Assembly: GCA_963766735.1 (NCBI GenBank)
Contig: CAVYBU010000008.1
Span: 128,001 to 192,000, forward strand
Direction: 5' to 3'
Length of the DNA: 64,000 nt
From: an uncultured Chloroflexia bacterium
GTDB taxonomy: Bacteria; Chloroflexota; Limnocylindria; Limnocylindrales; CSP1-4
Shown here piece after piece: positions 39,184 to 49,247 of this stretch (its first letter is position 1; each line of letters starts with the position of its first letter). A program made the translations under genes and the position numbers. Under the pieces are notes generated by a model. That model saw only the letters and a program-made list of their open reading frames with translations. It was not told the origin of the DNA and did no database searches.

Positions 39184-39474
39184 TCATGGCCGGGGGAGCC
39201 TGGCTCGAGCCGGCGTCATCGTGGCCATCCGCGGTGGCCTCCGCGCGCCGGCCGAGGGTATGGAAGTCACGACCTCGGGCTCGTCGCGGCTCTTGTCCGC
39301 GCGATCGAGGGCGGCCATCACCTCTCGGGCAGGTGAGCGGAGCATCGGGGCTGAGAAGACGCGTCTCGCTTCGCTACTGCACGACTCGCACACGATCGTG
39401 GCGGGGGCGGTACCGATCGGCCGCGTGATCTCGAGTACCCCGTCGGTTTCGCACCGATACTCGTAGATCGCCAA
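39184..39474 (-). CDS. fmdB: FmdB family zinc-ribbon protein
   Basis: (M)AIYEYRC...CESC...RRVFSAP; TTG start after AGGAG. Confidence 0.8.
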   Translation of the reverse strand: MAIYEYRCETDGVLEITRPIGTAPATIVCESCSSEARRVFSAPMLRSPAREVMAALDRADKSRDEPEVVTSIPSAGARRPPRMATMTPARARLPRP

Positions 39475-39703
39475 CAGCAACTCCTGGTTCCTGAGCCTAG
39501 ATCAGCTGCTCAGGGCAGACCAAGAGGAGGATGGCCCCAACCCGCGGTCCCATGGGACCACGCCGCCTTGCGGCCGTGCACGTTGCCGACATCCGCAACG
39601 CAGACGCGACGAGCGCGTGCGAAGACCGCGCCGGCTGGACTACTGTTGAGTCGCCGGCCCAGGGCGGGTCAGGTGCCCGGCACGGGGCCAGGGAGGTCAG
39701 GGC

Positions 39704-40087
39704 ATGGTGCAGGCCGAGGCCGCGATCCTCGTCGGGATCGGGGGGCTCCTGGGGGCCAACGCCCGCTACCTCGTCTCTGTCTGGGCGGCCCGGCGGATCG
39801 GTCCAAACTTCCCGTACGGAACCTTGATCGTCAACCTGAGCGGCAGCCTGCTGCTCGGCTTCCTGGTGACCGTGATTGCCGGCCTCGCCGCGTATGAGCG
39901 CGAGGTCCAGCTGCTGGTCCCGGTGGGCTTCGTCGGCGCCTACACGACCTTCTCGACGTTCGCGTACGAGTCAGTCGGCCTCGTGCGCCGTCGCGCGTAC
40001 GGCCTGGCCGTCACGAACGTGCTGGGATCCACGATGCTCGGGCTGCTCGGGGCGTGGATCGGGATCGTGGTCGCCCGTGCGATCTAG
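39704..40087 (+). CDS. crcB: Fluoride channel Fluc/CrcB
   Basis: GGLLGANARY, FPYGTLIVNLSGS and GFVGAYTTFSTF. Confidence 0.9.
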   Translation: MVQAEAAILVGIGGLLGANARYLVSVWAARRIGPNFPYGTLIVNLSGSLLLGFLVTVIAGLAAYEREVQLLVPVGFVGAYTTFSTFAYESVGLVRRRAYGLAVTNVLGSTMLGLLGAWIGIVVARAI

Positions 40088-40166
40088 CAGGCCGGCGGCC
40101 GCGGGCGACCAGGCGGGCGGCGGCGCGGCCGGGAGGGAACCGCAGCCGATTGGTGACGACGGCGTC

Positions 40167-40616
40167 GTGGCGACGAATCGCTGGAGGGTCGTCTTCGGTC
40201 GGCTGACGCCATTCCTGGCGATCAGCGTGGGTGGCGTCCTGGGCGCCAATGCCCGCTACTTCCTGGGGCTGTGGGGGACGGCCTGGCTGGGGTCGGGCTT
40301 CCCCGCTGCGACCATGCTGATCAACGTCACTGGAAGCTTCGGCCTCGGCCTCTACCTCACGCTCGTGGCCGAGCGCTACACGGGACATCAGGCCATCCGG
40401 CTTCTTGTGGCGACCGGATTCTTCGGTGCCTACACCACCTTCTCGACCTTCAGCGTGGAGGCGATCCACCTCCTGGAATCCGGCGACGGCGCAGCAGCGC
40501 TTGCGTACGTGGTCGGTAGCGTCGTGCTCAGCATCGCTGCCGCTGCGATCGGGATCGGGGTGGCCCACATTGCGCTGGCCCGTCTCGCCGGCGGCGTGAA
40601 AGGCCCGCCGGCGTGA
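40167..40616 (+). CDS. crcB: Second fluoride channel Fluc/CrcB (paired)
   Basis: GGVLGANARY, FPAATMLINVTGS and GFFGAYTTFSTF; start approximate. Confidence 0.85.
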   Translation: MATNRWRVVFGRLTPFLAISVGGVLGANARYFLGLWGTAWLGSGFPAATMLINVTGSFGLGLYLTLVAERYTGHQAIRLLVATGFFGAYTTFSTFSVEAIHLLESGDGAAALAYVVGSVVLSIAAAAIGIGVAHIALARLAGGVKGPPA

Positions 40617-40704
40617 TGACTGCGTTTGCGATCTGCCGGACGGGGTTGCCCCAGTGCCGATCGGTCGGTCCGGGACCGGTGGCGGTTGCCCGGGAGGTGC
40701 AGTG

Positions 40705-41559
40705 ATGCGAGTTCTGATCGCCTACGACGGGTCTGAGGCGGCGGACGAGGCCTGTGATCTCGTCGCGACGATCGACTGGCCGCGCGGGAGCGAGCTGCGG
40801 GTCGTGACGGCGTACGCTCCCTACCTCCCGGGTGAGCTCGAGCCGGTCGAGCTGTTCGATCCGGCGACGCCCGTCATCGCCTTCGAGGCGGAGCGTGAAG
40901 CCGCGGAGTGCTGTGCGGGGACCGCCGCCAGCCGTCTCGGCCGACCAGGCATCACGGTGACCTCGACGGCGATCATGGGCCGGCCGTCGAGTGTCATCCT
41001 CGATCAAGCCGCCGCGGCGGCGGCCGATCTCCTCGTCACCGGATGTCGTGGCATGGGCCCGATCACCTCGGCGCTCCTCGGATCCGTGTCGGCCGAGATC
41101 GTCGACCACGCGGCCTGCCCGGTGCTCGTGGCTCGGCGGTCCTCGATCGACCGCGTCGTTCTCGCTGACGATGGGTCAGCAGGCGCCCGGACGGCGGCGG
41201 CGCTACTCGCCTGGCCGGTCTTCGTCGGCAGCAGGGTGCGCGTGGTGACAGTCGCCGCCGCGATCCCGCTCACGCCCGAGGGCGACCTGGTCGAGGCCGT
41301 GCTTGACAAGGCCGAGGCCGTGGCTGCCGGGGCGGCCGCCGAGCTCCGGACCGCAGGTCTGGCGGCCGAGACCGATGTTCGCGCGGGCGACCCGGCGCAC
41401 GAGATCGTGCGATCGACGGTGGGCTGGGATGCCGATCTCATCGTCATGGGCAAACGGGGCCGGACTGGGCTGGATCGCCACCTTCTCGGGAGCGTCACCC
41501 GCAAGGTCCTGGCGCACGCGACGTGCTCGGTCCTTGTCGCGCGATCGCCGGTCCGGTAG
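40705..41559 (+). CDS. Tandem-domain universal stress protein
   Basis: VLIAYDGS, G.RG.G...LLGSVS, then a second domain with MGKRGRTG...LLGSVT; GGAGG RBS. Confidence 0.9.
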   Translation: MRVLIAYDGSEAADEACDLVATIDWPRGSELRVVTAYAPYLPGELEPVELFDPATPVIAFEAEREAAECCAGTAASRLGRPGITVTSTAIMGRPSSVILDQAAAAAADLLVTGCRGMGPITSALLGSVSAEIVDHAACPVLVARRSSIDRVVLADDGSAGARTAAALLAWPVFVGSRVRVVTVAAAIPLTPEGDLVEAVLDKAEAVAAGAAAELRTAGLAAETDVRAGDPAHEIVRSTVGWDADLIVMGKRGRTGLDRHLLGSVTRKVLAHATCSVLVARSPVR

Positions 41560-41633
41560 GGGCCGACGCGCGGGCCGGAGCGGCAAGCCTGACCTGAGGG
41601 CCCCCGGTCCGCCGCCCGGGGGCCCTGGTGGGA

Positions 41634-41954
41634 TCAGGCGCCCGGTGCCCGGTAGGCTGTCCGGCGCCCGAACGCATCGTCGACCTCGCTCGCCGCCAGG
41701 AGCACCGTCGTCTTCACGTTGACCGAGCCGCTGGCCCCGACGGTCGCCGCGATCGCCATCGCCGCCGCGTTGTCCGGCAGCTCGGCGATCGCGATGAAGT
41801 CGTCATCACCGAACGCCCAGTACGCGGAGTCGATGCGACCACCGACACTCGCGGCCATCTCGGAAACGGTCGTGACGCGGCTGGCGGCCCCCTCCTTCAT
41901 GACTCCCTGGATGCCCTGCTGCGTGTAGGACGCGCGGAACAAGTAGAACGGCAT
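41634..41954 (-). CDS. GYD domain protein
   Basis: MPFYLFRASYT..G..G...R...GG.I...YWAFGDDD...IAELPDN. Confidence 0.8.
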   Translation of the reverse strand: MPFYLFRASYTQQGIQGVMKEGAASRVTTVSEMAASVGGRIDSAYWAFGDDDFIAIAELPDNAAAMAIAATVGASGSVNVKTTVLLAASEVDDAFGRRTAYRAPGA

Positions 41955-42000
41955 TGGCCGAGCCCTCCGATACCCCCGGCGGCCGCGGGACGCGAACAGC

Positions 42001-42042
42001 TCAGGGTGAGGGAAAGTCTCCCACCCTGATAGCCGATGTCAA
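42001..42042 (-). promoter_or_regulatory. Inverted repeat overlapping a candidate promoter of the GYD gene (or terminator for the FDH gene)
   Basis: TCAGGGTG-N13-CACCCTGA at 42001-42029; minus-strand TTGACA at 42037-42042. Confidence 0.4.
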
Positions 42043-42132
42043 GGCGGCCGACGGTGGCAAGGCGGCCGGCGTGGCGGCGCGGGACAAGAGAGGCGGCGCC
42101 TGACTCAGCTCCATCGGCGGGCCGACCGGCGC

Positions 42133-44055
42133 TCAGCCGACCGCGACGGGCGCCTCGAGCTTCTCGATCCGGATCGCCGTCGCCTTGAACTCGGCCGTGC
42201 CGGACTTGGGGTCCGTGGCGTCGATCGTGAGGAGGTTGACCTCCACGTCATCGGGGTAGTGGAAGGTCATGAACGCCAACCCGGGGCGGAGGGCGCGATC
42301 GGCACGAACCGGCGCCTCGACGGCTCCGCGCCGGGAGACCACCCGAACGACCTCGCCCTCGGCGAGGCCGAACCGCACGATGTCCTCCGGGCACAGGTCC
42401 AGGGTCTCGTGACGGCGCTTGGGGGACGAGAACCCGCCCGATTGGACCCCGGTGTTGTAGGCATCGAGGTGGCGGCCCGTGGTGAGCCGGACCGGGAAGT
42501 CCTCGCTGAGCGCGTCCACCGGCGGTTCATGCTCCACGGGGACGAACGGGGCGCGGTTGCCCGGGACCGGGTCCGCCCAAAGACGCGAGTGGAGGAACGG
42601 CTCGCCCGGGTGCGTCTCGTCGTAGCAGGGCCACTGGAGCCCGTCCTCTGCCTCGAGGCGCGCGTAGCTCATGCCCCGGTGGGACGGGCAGAGCGCTCGC
42701 ATCTCGTTCCAGGCGGCCTCGGCGCTCGCCTCGCCCCAGTCGTGGCCCATGCGTCGCGCGATCTCGTAGATGATCCAGAGGTCGTCGCGCGCCTCGCCGG
42801 GAGGATCGAGGGCCTTGCGGACACGCTGGACGCGGCGCTCGGAGTTCGTGACCGTGCCCTCGCACTCGGCCCAGGAGGCCGCGGCCGGCAGCACGACATC
42901 CGCCATCTCGGCCGTGGCCGTGAGGAAGATGTCCTGGACGACCATGAACTCGAGGCCGCCGAGCAGTCGCTTCACGCGGTGGACATCCGCCTCCGACTGG
43001 ACCGGGTTCTCGCCGATGCAGTACAGGGCGGTCAGGTCGCCCCGCTCCATGGCGTCGTACATGACGCTCAGGTTCCAGCCGCGCTTGGGCGGGACGGTGA
43101 CGTTCCAGGCCTTGTCGAAGGGTGCCCGGAGCTCGTCGTTCTCCACGTGCTGGAAGCCCGGCAGGCGGTCCGGCAGGGCGCCGCTGTCGCCGCCGCCCTG
43201 GACGTTGTTCTGGCCGCGGAGCGGGTTGAGCCCGCTGCCCCACTTGCCGACGTGCCCGCACAGGAGGGCGAGGTTGATCAGTGCCAGGACGTTGTCCACC
43301 GCGTTGTGGTGCTCGGTGATGCCCAGCGTCCAGCAGATCATCGCCTTGTCGGCCTGGGCGTAGGCATGGGCCGTCTCGCGGATGGCCTGGGCCGGGACGC
43401 CGGTCTCGCGCTCCGCGCGCTCGAGGGTGTACGGCTCCACGCCCGCCTTGTACGCCTCGAAGCCGGACGTGGCGCGGTTGACGAACTCCTCGTTGGCCAG
43501 GCCGGCAGCAATGATCTCGCGGCCGATCGCATTGGCCATGATGATGTCGGTTCCGACATCGAGGCCCAGCCAGAGATCCGCCCACTCCGCGGACGATGTC
43601 CGACGCGGGTCCATGGCGATCAGGCGCGCGCCGTTCCGGACCCCCTTCAGGAGGTGGTGGAAGATGATCGGATGCGTCTCCCGGGCGTTGCTGCCCCAGA
43701 GGAGAATGACATCCGTCTCCTCGAACTCACGATATGAGCTGGTGCACCCACCAGCGCCGAACACGGTCGCCAGACCGGCGACAGATGGGGCGTGTCAGGT
43801 GCGGTTGCAGCTGTCGATGTTGTTGCTGCCCAGGACGACACGGGAGAGCTTCTGAGCCGCGTAGTTGACCTCGTTGGTCGAGCGGCTGCAGCTGAACATC
43901 CCGTAGGTCCTGGAGCCGTGCGCCTCGCCCGCTGCCCGGAGCCCGGCAACCACCCGCTCCAGCGCCTCGTCCCAGCTGGCTGGGCGGAGAGGACTGGTCT
44001 GGCGATCGCCGTCGCGTACGAGCGGCGTAGTCAGGCGGACGTACTCCTTCGGCAC
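42133..44055 (-). CDS. fdhF: Selenocysteine-containing formate dehydrogenase catalytic (Mo/W-bisPGD) subunit
   Basis: The 43795..44574 and 42133..43764 ORFs are in the same frame, separated by one TGA (43795-43797) in NNIDSCNRT-U-HAPSVAGL. Also PLRGQNNVQG, GTVTNSERR and LTTGR. GTG start 44055 after GAGGT; 640 aa. Confidence 0.92.
43766..43797 (-). promoter_or_regulatory. Sec codon and bacterial SECIS element
   Basis: mRNA: UGA CAC GCC CCA UCU GUCGCC-GGUCU-GGCGAC. A 6-bp stem with a GGUCU loop starts 12 nt after the UGA, closely resembling the E. coli fdhF SECIS. Confidence 0.85.
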
Positions 44056-44278
44056 TGGCGTACCTCTAGGGTGGGGTCCGATGGGGAGAGTGTAGTGCGC
44101 CGCGCCAGCTTGTGGGGTGGCGAAGTCGCGGCGATCGGGGACGGGGATCGCCCGTGGTGCACGCTGCGGACCCGGCCGGTGCGCGGGGATCGCCCGGTGG
44201 TAGCGTCGCAACACGGCGCGGGCAATGGCGCATCGGGACGGTTGCGCTGCCCGGCTGCCGCTGACCGGAGCCTGCCCG

Positions 44279-45724
44279 ATGCCGATCTCCATGCGTGTTC
44301 TCTCGGACGACGACCGGACGAACGTCCACGAGCAGTCGCTGGCCGTCCTCGCGAGGACGGGGATGCGGATCGATTCGGAGCGCGCGCGCCGGATCCTGGA
44401 AGCAGCCGGCGCGCAGGTGAACGAGGCCGACCGCAGGGTCCGGTTCCCGCGCGCGCTCGTGGAGGCGGCGCTCGCATCGGCCCCGAAGCAGTTCTCGCTC
44501 GGCGGCCGCCGCCCCGGGTACGCGCTGCCCATGAACGTCGGCGAATGCACGCTCATCCCGGACGGCGAGTCCACGACGTTCTACGACCCGGTCACCGGCG
44601 TCCGGCGCGACGCGACGCGCGAGGACTGGGCCGCCGCGACGAAGCTCGTGGACACGATGGACGAGGTCGGCGCGTACTGGCAGATGGTGACCGCCGGCGA
44701 GGATGCCCGGGGGATTGGCGCGCTCGTCTCCCACCTGGTGGAGACGTTCCGCCTGTTCTCCAAGCACGTCCAGGACGCCCCGGGAACCGTGGAGGAGGCT
44801 CGCTGGCTGCTGGAGCTGCTGGCGGCGATCTTCGGCGGCCGTGAGGCCGTTCGACGGGACCACCCGTACTCCGTCCTGTACTGCCCGGTCTCGCCGCTGG
44901 CAATGGAGGAGGAGCACACGGACGCCTATCTCGCGACGGTCGGCTGGGACATCCCGATCGCGATCATGCCCATGCCGATGATGGGCAGCTCGGCACCGAC
45001 CGGGCTGAGGTCCACCGTGGTCTCCGGCAACGCCGAGGTGCTGGGCACGATCTGCCTCGTGCAGGCGGCAGCGCCCGGGACGCCGGTCATCTACGCGCCC
45101 GCGCTGGCGGCGATGGAGCCGCGATCAGGGAGGTGGGGTGGCGGCAGCCCGGAGCACTCGCTGCTGGGCGCGGCGACCACCGAGATGGCCCGGTTCTACG
45201 GGCTGCCCGCCATCGCGTCCAACGGCGGCACCGATCACTTCGTCACCGGGGTCCAGGCCGCCTACGAGCGGACGCTGAACTGGGTGCTGCCGATGGTCTC
45301 GTGGCCGGACATCCTGATCGGCCCCGGATCTCTCGGCGGTGCGTCCACCCTGTGCCTGGAGCAGATGGTGCTCGACGTGGAGATCTACCGCGCCTGTCGA
45401 CGGCTCCGGGCGGGGATCGGGACGGGCGTCGGCGAGGCAGACGTGGTCGCGGCGCTGGATGAGGTGGGTCCGGTCGGCGACTTCCTCAGCCGGACGGCCA
45501 CCCGGGACGCGGTCCGCGGCGGCGAGTTCTTCAAGCCGAAGCTTGGGAATCACGGAACCTTCGATCACTGGGAGGCGGCCGGCCGCCCGGACATCCTGGA
45601 CGAGGCGCGGGAGAAGGCGTACGCGGCCATCGCCGGCCACCAACCGATCCCGTTCCCGGACGACGTGGCCGCGGAGCTGGCACGGCTGGAGACTGCGGCC
45701 CGGACGTCGACCGCGAAGAATTGA
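44279..45724 (+). CDS. MttB-superfamily (trimethylamine methyltransferase-like, non-pyrrolysine) methyltransferase 1
   Basis: VHEQSLAVLARTG, RVRFPRALVE.AL..AP, SKHV, CPVSPL, APT...GNAEVL and GGSPE...MARFYGLP. Confidence 0.85.
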   Translation: MPISMRVLSDDDRTNVHEQSLAVLARTGMRIDSERARRILEAAGAQVNEADRRVRFPRALVEAALASAPKQFSLGGRRPGYALPMNVGECTLIPDGESTTFYDPVTGVRRDATREDWAAATKLVDTMDEVGAYWQMVTAGEDARGIGALVSHLVETFRLFSKHVQDAPGTVEEARWLLELLAAIFGGREAVRRDHPYSVLYCPVSPLAMEEEHTDAYLATVGWDIPIAIMPMPMMGSSAPTGLRSTVVSGNAEVLGTICLVQAAAPGTPVIYAPALAAMEPRSGRWGGGSPEHSLLGAATTEMARFYGLPAIASNGGTDHFVTGVQAAYERTLNWVLPMVSWPDILIGPGSLGGASTLCLEQMVLDVEIYRACRRLRAGIGTGVGEADVVAALDEVGPVGDFLSRTATRDAVRGGEFFKPKLGNHGTFDHWEAAGRPDILDEAREKAYAAIAGHQPIPFPDDVAAELARLETAARTSTAKN

Positions 45725-45731
45725 GGCGACC

Positions 45732-47168
45732 ATGCGGTACGAGGCGGCATTCCTGAGCGCGGATGAGCGGGGGAGGGTCCACGAGGAGTCCCTCCGGATC
45801 CTTGCCGACGTCGGGATCAGGGTCCACGGGGAGGTGGCGCTGCCCCTGCTCGCCGAGGCAGGCGCGGAGGTGGACCCCGAGACCCGGCTGGTGAGGATCC
45901 CGCCCTCCCTGGTGGAGGCGGCGCTGTCGAAGGCACCGCGGTCGTTCGTCTGCGGCGCCCGGAACCCGATCCACGACTACGCGGTGCCGTCCCCGGTGAC
46001 CCGCTTCGCGATGGACGGGACGGCTGCCTTCACGCGGGATTTCACAACCGGGGAGCGGCGGTACGGCACCCGGCAGGACATCGTGGATGCCATGCGGGTC
46101 TTCGGGTCGTGCGACCTCACCGTGATGGGCTGGCCGCCCGTGGCTGCGAACGACAGGCCGGTGGCGTCGCGTCCGCTCCACGAGTTCACGGCCATGCTCA
46201 CGAGCACCTCCAAGCATGGCCAGCACGAGCTCCATCGCCGCGACCAGGCGCCATATCTGGGGGCGATCATCTCGGCGCTGGCCGGCGGCGAGGACCGCGC
46301 CCGGGAGCGCCATGAGGCGTCGGTCGTCTACTGCCCGGTGGCGCCCCTCGTGCACGACGGCGAGATGCTGGACGCGTACCTGGACCTCGGGGCGTGGGAT
46401 GTCCCGGTGTGCGTGCTGCCGATGCCCGTGCCGGGAACCACCGGCCCGGCGTCGGTGCTGGGGAACATCGCGCTCGCGAACGCCGAGGCGCTCTCTTCGA
46501 TCGTCATCTTCCAGGTCGCCCGGCCCGGGCGACCGCTGATGTACGGCAGCGCCGTGGGCTCGATGGACTTCCGGAGCGGAGCGTTCCTGGCCGGCACGCC
46601 CGAGATGGGGATCCAGTCAGCGGCCCTGACCACGATGGGCCGCTTCTACGGGCTGCCCACGATGGGTGCCGGCTGTGCCACGGATGCGCACGACATCGGG
46701 CCCGAGGCCTGCATCGAGAAGCTGATCACCATGCTGCCGTCGCTCTCGGCAGGGGCCGACATCGTGGTGGGGTACGGGGAGCTGGACGGTGACCAGACGC
46801 TGGTCCTGGAGCAGATTCTCGTGGACAACGAGCTCGCCCACCTCGCGCTTCGCATGTACGAGGGCGTGGACGGGCGAGACGGCGCCGAGCTGTACGAGGA
46901 CATCGCGGAGGTTGGGCCGGGCGGAAACTTCCTGGCCATGCAGGCGACGCGAAAGGCGGCCCGGAGCGGCGAGTTCTACGAGCCGGCGATGATCGGTCGG
47001 GCAAGCTACGACGCGTGGCACGCGCTGGGCAAGCCCACGATGTACGACCGGGCGCGGGAGCGGGTGCGAGAGATCCTGGACGGACCGATGGTGGACCCGG
47101 TGCCGGATGCGACGCTCGAGGACCTGGCCCGGATTCTGGCGGAGGCGGACCGGGCGCTCGTGGAGTAG
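45732..47168 (+). CDS. MttB-superfamily non-pyrrolysine methyltransferase 2
   Basis: VHEESLRILADVG, GARNP, TSKH, CPVAPL, GTTGPAS, GTPE...MGRFYGLP and VGPGGNFL. Confidence 0.85.
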   Translation: MRYEAAFLSADERGRVHEESLRILADVGIRVHGEVALPLLAEAGAEVDPETRLVRIPPSLVEAALSKAPRSFVCGARNPIHDYAVPSPVTRFAMDGTAAFTRDFTTGERRYGTRQDIVDAMRVFGSCDLTVMGWPPVAANDRPVASRPLHEFTAMLTSTSKHGQHELHRRDQAPYLGAIISALAGGEDRARERHEASVVYCPVAPLVHDGEMLDAYLDLGAWDVPVCVLPMPVPGTTGPASVLGNIALANAEALSSIVIFQVARPGRPLMYGSAVGSMDFRSGAFLAGTPEMGIQSAALTTMGRFYGLPTMGAGCATDAHDIGPEACIEKLITMLPSLSAGADIVVGYGELDGDQTLVLEQILVDNELAHLALRMYEGVDGRDGAELYEDIAEVGPGGNFLAMQATRKAARSGEFYEPAMIGRASYDAWHALGKPTMYDRARERVREILDGPMVDPVPDATLEDLARILAEADRALVE

Positions 47169-47268
47169 GCGGAGGAGGCGGGCCCGCCGGTCGCGACCGT
47201 CGCGGATCGACCGCTTGCCATCGGGCGCCGGGGGCGTCACCATCTGCGCCAGGAGGTGCGTCCCCACC

Positions 47269-47562
47269 ATGTACGGCACGATCGCGCGACTACACCCCAA
47301 GGCCGACCGGACCGACGAGCTCTACGCCTACGGCAGGCGGATGGAGCACGCCTCGGTCCCGGGCTTCAGGGCCAGCTACCTCTTCCGTCCCGACACGGAT
47401 CCCTACGAGACACCGACCGTGTTCCTCGTCGCCGTCTTCGACGACAAGGCCTCGTATCAGGCCAACGCGGCCAGCCCGGAGCAGCACGACCGCTACCTCG
47501 AGCTGCGCGCGCTGCTCGACGACGACCCGGACTGGATGGACGGGACGTTCGAGGGAGCCTGA
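47269..47562 (+). CDS. Small dimeric alpha-beta barrel (ABM-like) protein
   Basis: AGGAGGT RBS; MYGTIARL...PGF...LVAVFDDKASYQANA.SPEQH..Y...RALL..DP.W.DG. Confidence 0.7.
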   Translation: MYGTIARLHPKADRTDELYAYGRRMEHASVPGFRASYLFRPDTDPYETPTVFLVAVFDDKASYQANAASPEQHDRYLELRALLDDDPDWMDGTFEGA

Positions 47563-47704
47563 GAGGCGTTCCAGGGCGGCCGGTGGACGACCTCGATCCG
47601 TCGGCCTGCCCCCGACCCTGACGGGCGGCGCATCACCGAGAGTGCTTGTTGGCGCCCGAGCGAGCGCCACGATCCCGTCTGGCGTCGTCCTGATCACCCT
47701 GCGT

Positions 47705-47764
47705 GATCTCGGCGCATGTTTCCGCCCGTTTGCCGCCCCGTTTGGTGGCAGACCGGCCGAGATC
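47705..47764. repeat. Imperfect intergenic palindrome (REP-like) between convergent genes
   Basis: gatctcggc ... gccgagatc outer arms; inner tgccgcc/ggtggca arms. Confidence 0.4.
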
Positions 47765-47832
47765 CCGTGCAGATAGCATCCCAGGTGATGCCGGCCGCTG
47801 GTGGTCGCTGCCGGCCGCTGGCGGTGGCGCGG

Positions 47833-47930
47833 GCTAGCGGAGTTCGACGCCGGGCTGCCCCGCTGGCCGCTGCCGGCCGCTGCCGACCGCTGGCGCGGAG
47901 CTAGCGGAGTTCGACGCCGGGCTGCCCCGC
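47833..47930. repeat. Direct duplication of the selD 3' end (31 bp identical, 67-bp period)
   Basis: gctagcggagttcgacgccgggctgccccgc at 47833-47863 and 47900-47930. Confidence 0.85.
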
Positions 47931-48973
47931 CTCCACCGCACCGACTCGCCAGGCCGAGACGCCGGCGGCGGCGAGGGCCGCGGTGACCGCCGCGACATCG
48001 GCTGGGCGCAATGGCCGCCAGGAGGCCGCCGGAGGTCTGCGGGTCGTGGGCGAGGGTGACCATCTCGGGGGAGACGCCGTCGCCGATCGTCAGCGCCGGT
48101 GCCGTGAACCGACGGTTGTGACCGGCGCCGTCGGTCTCCGACGCCCGCACGCGCCAGGTCCAGGGAGCCGTCCAGGGCGGGCAGCGCGGCTGCCTCGAAG
48201 GAGAGCCGTGCTCCTGACGCCCGTGCCATCTCCAGCCCGTGTCCAAGCAGCCCGAAGCCGGTCACGTCGGTCGCCCCGCGGATACCGTGCCGAACGAAGA
48301 CCTCGGACGCGGCACGGTTGAGGGATCGCATCTGGTCGATCGCCGCATCCAGGTGGGCCTGCTGGACCCGGCCCTGGCGCTGTCCGCTCACCAGCAACCC
48401 GGTGCCCAGGCGCTTGGTCAGAAGCAGGACGTCGCCGGGCCGCGCACCCCCCTTGCGGAACAGGCGATCCGGGTGCGCGGCCCCGATCACCGCCAGCCCG
48501 TACTTCGGCTCCGGGTCCCGGATGGTGTGACCCCCGGCCAGTAGCCCGCCGGCCTCGCGGACCTTCGACGCTGCGGCTTCGAACACGGCCGCAAGGGCGG
48601 CCTGCGGGAAGTCCTCCGGGAAGGCCGCGATCGACAGCGCGAACAGGACGCGCCCGCCCATCGCGAACACGTCCGAGAGCGCGTTGGCCGCGGCGATCTC
48701 CCCGTAGGTGGCCGGGTCGTCCACGAGCGGCGGGAAGAAGTCGAGGGTTCCGAGGATGGCGAGGTCGTCCGAGACGCGCCAGGCGGCGGCGTCATCGGGT
48801 GGCTCGAGGCCCGCGATGAGCGCCGGATCGGCAGGGCCCGAACCTGCCCCGCCGCCGGCACCCAGGCCGGCGAGCGCCTCGGTCAGCAGGTCCGCGCCGA
48901 GCTTCGCAGCGCAGCCGCCGCAATCGGTCATCTCGGTCAGGCGGATGGGCGGGAGGTCGGGGCGCGTCGTCAT
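47901..48973 (-). CDS. selD: Selenide, water dikinase (Cys form); two apparent +1 frameshifts (about 48139 and 48005)
   Basis: RLT...CGGCAAK, DDAA, TLDFFPP, ANALSDVFAMGG, GGHT and TDVTGFGLLGH; DPQTSGGLL in the next frame. Removing two bases gives 356 aa ending WRVGAVEAGQPGVELR*. Confidence 0.9.
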
Positions 48974-49075
48974 GACCGCGATCATAGGCGGGCGAGCGAC
49001 CCGACGGACCGCGACCCGCTGGCGCGTCGCGCGTTACGCTGGCGGCTCGCCGGTGTGCACCACCGGCGGATGCGC

Positions 49076-49172
49076 GGGAGCGGAGGGGTCCCGGTGGGCC
49101 TCCCGGTCTTCAAAACCGGTGGCGCGGCGCCCGGCGTCGCGCGGTGGGTTCGACTCCCATGCGCTCCCGCCA
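49076..49172 (+). tRNA. selC: tRNA-Sec (anticodon TCA)
   Basis: GGGAGCG/CGCTCCC acceptor, extended D stem, CCGGT-CTTCAAA-ACCGG anticodon arm, long variable arm, GTGGG-TTCGACT-CCCAT T arm and 3' GCCA; divergent from selD. Confidence 0.93.
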
Positions 49173-49247
49173 CGCGCATGCGCTCCGGCCAATCGCCGCG
49201 TATCGGCCCGCCAACTACCCGCTGACTGGGCGCCGATCAGGCGCCGA

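Noticed and set aside
39490-39703. Fluoride riboswitch upstream of the crcB pair
   Set aside because: I could not find the conserved GGxGAUGxxGUUCxCC...GCUxAUGAC pattern by eye; an Rfam scan would settle it.
43795-44574. FDH as a nonsense pseudogene or two genes
   Set aside because: The stop is a TGA at the catalytic ligand position followed by a SECIS, and selABCD are present.
48905-48925. Selenocysteine in SelD
   Set aside because: The active-site codon is TGC (CGGCAAK), so this is the Cys form.
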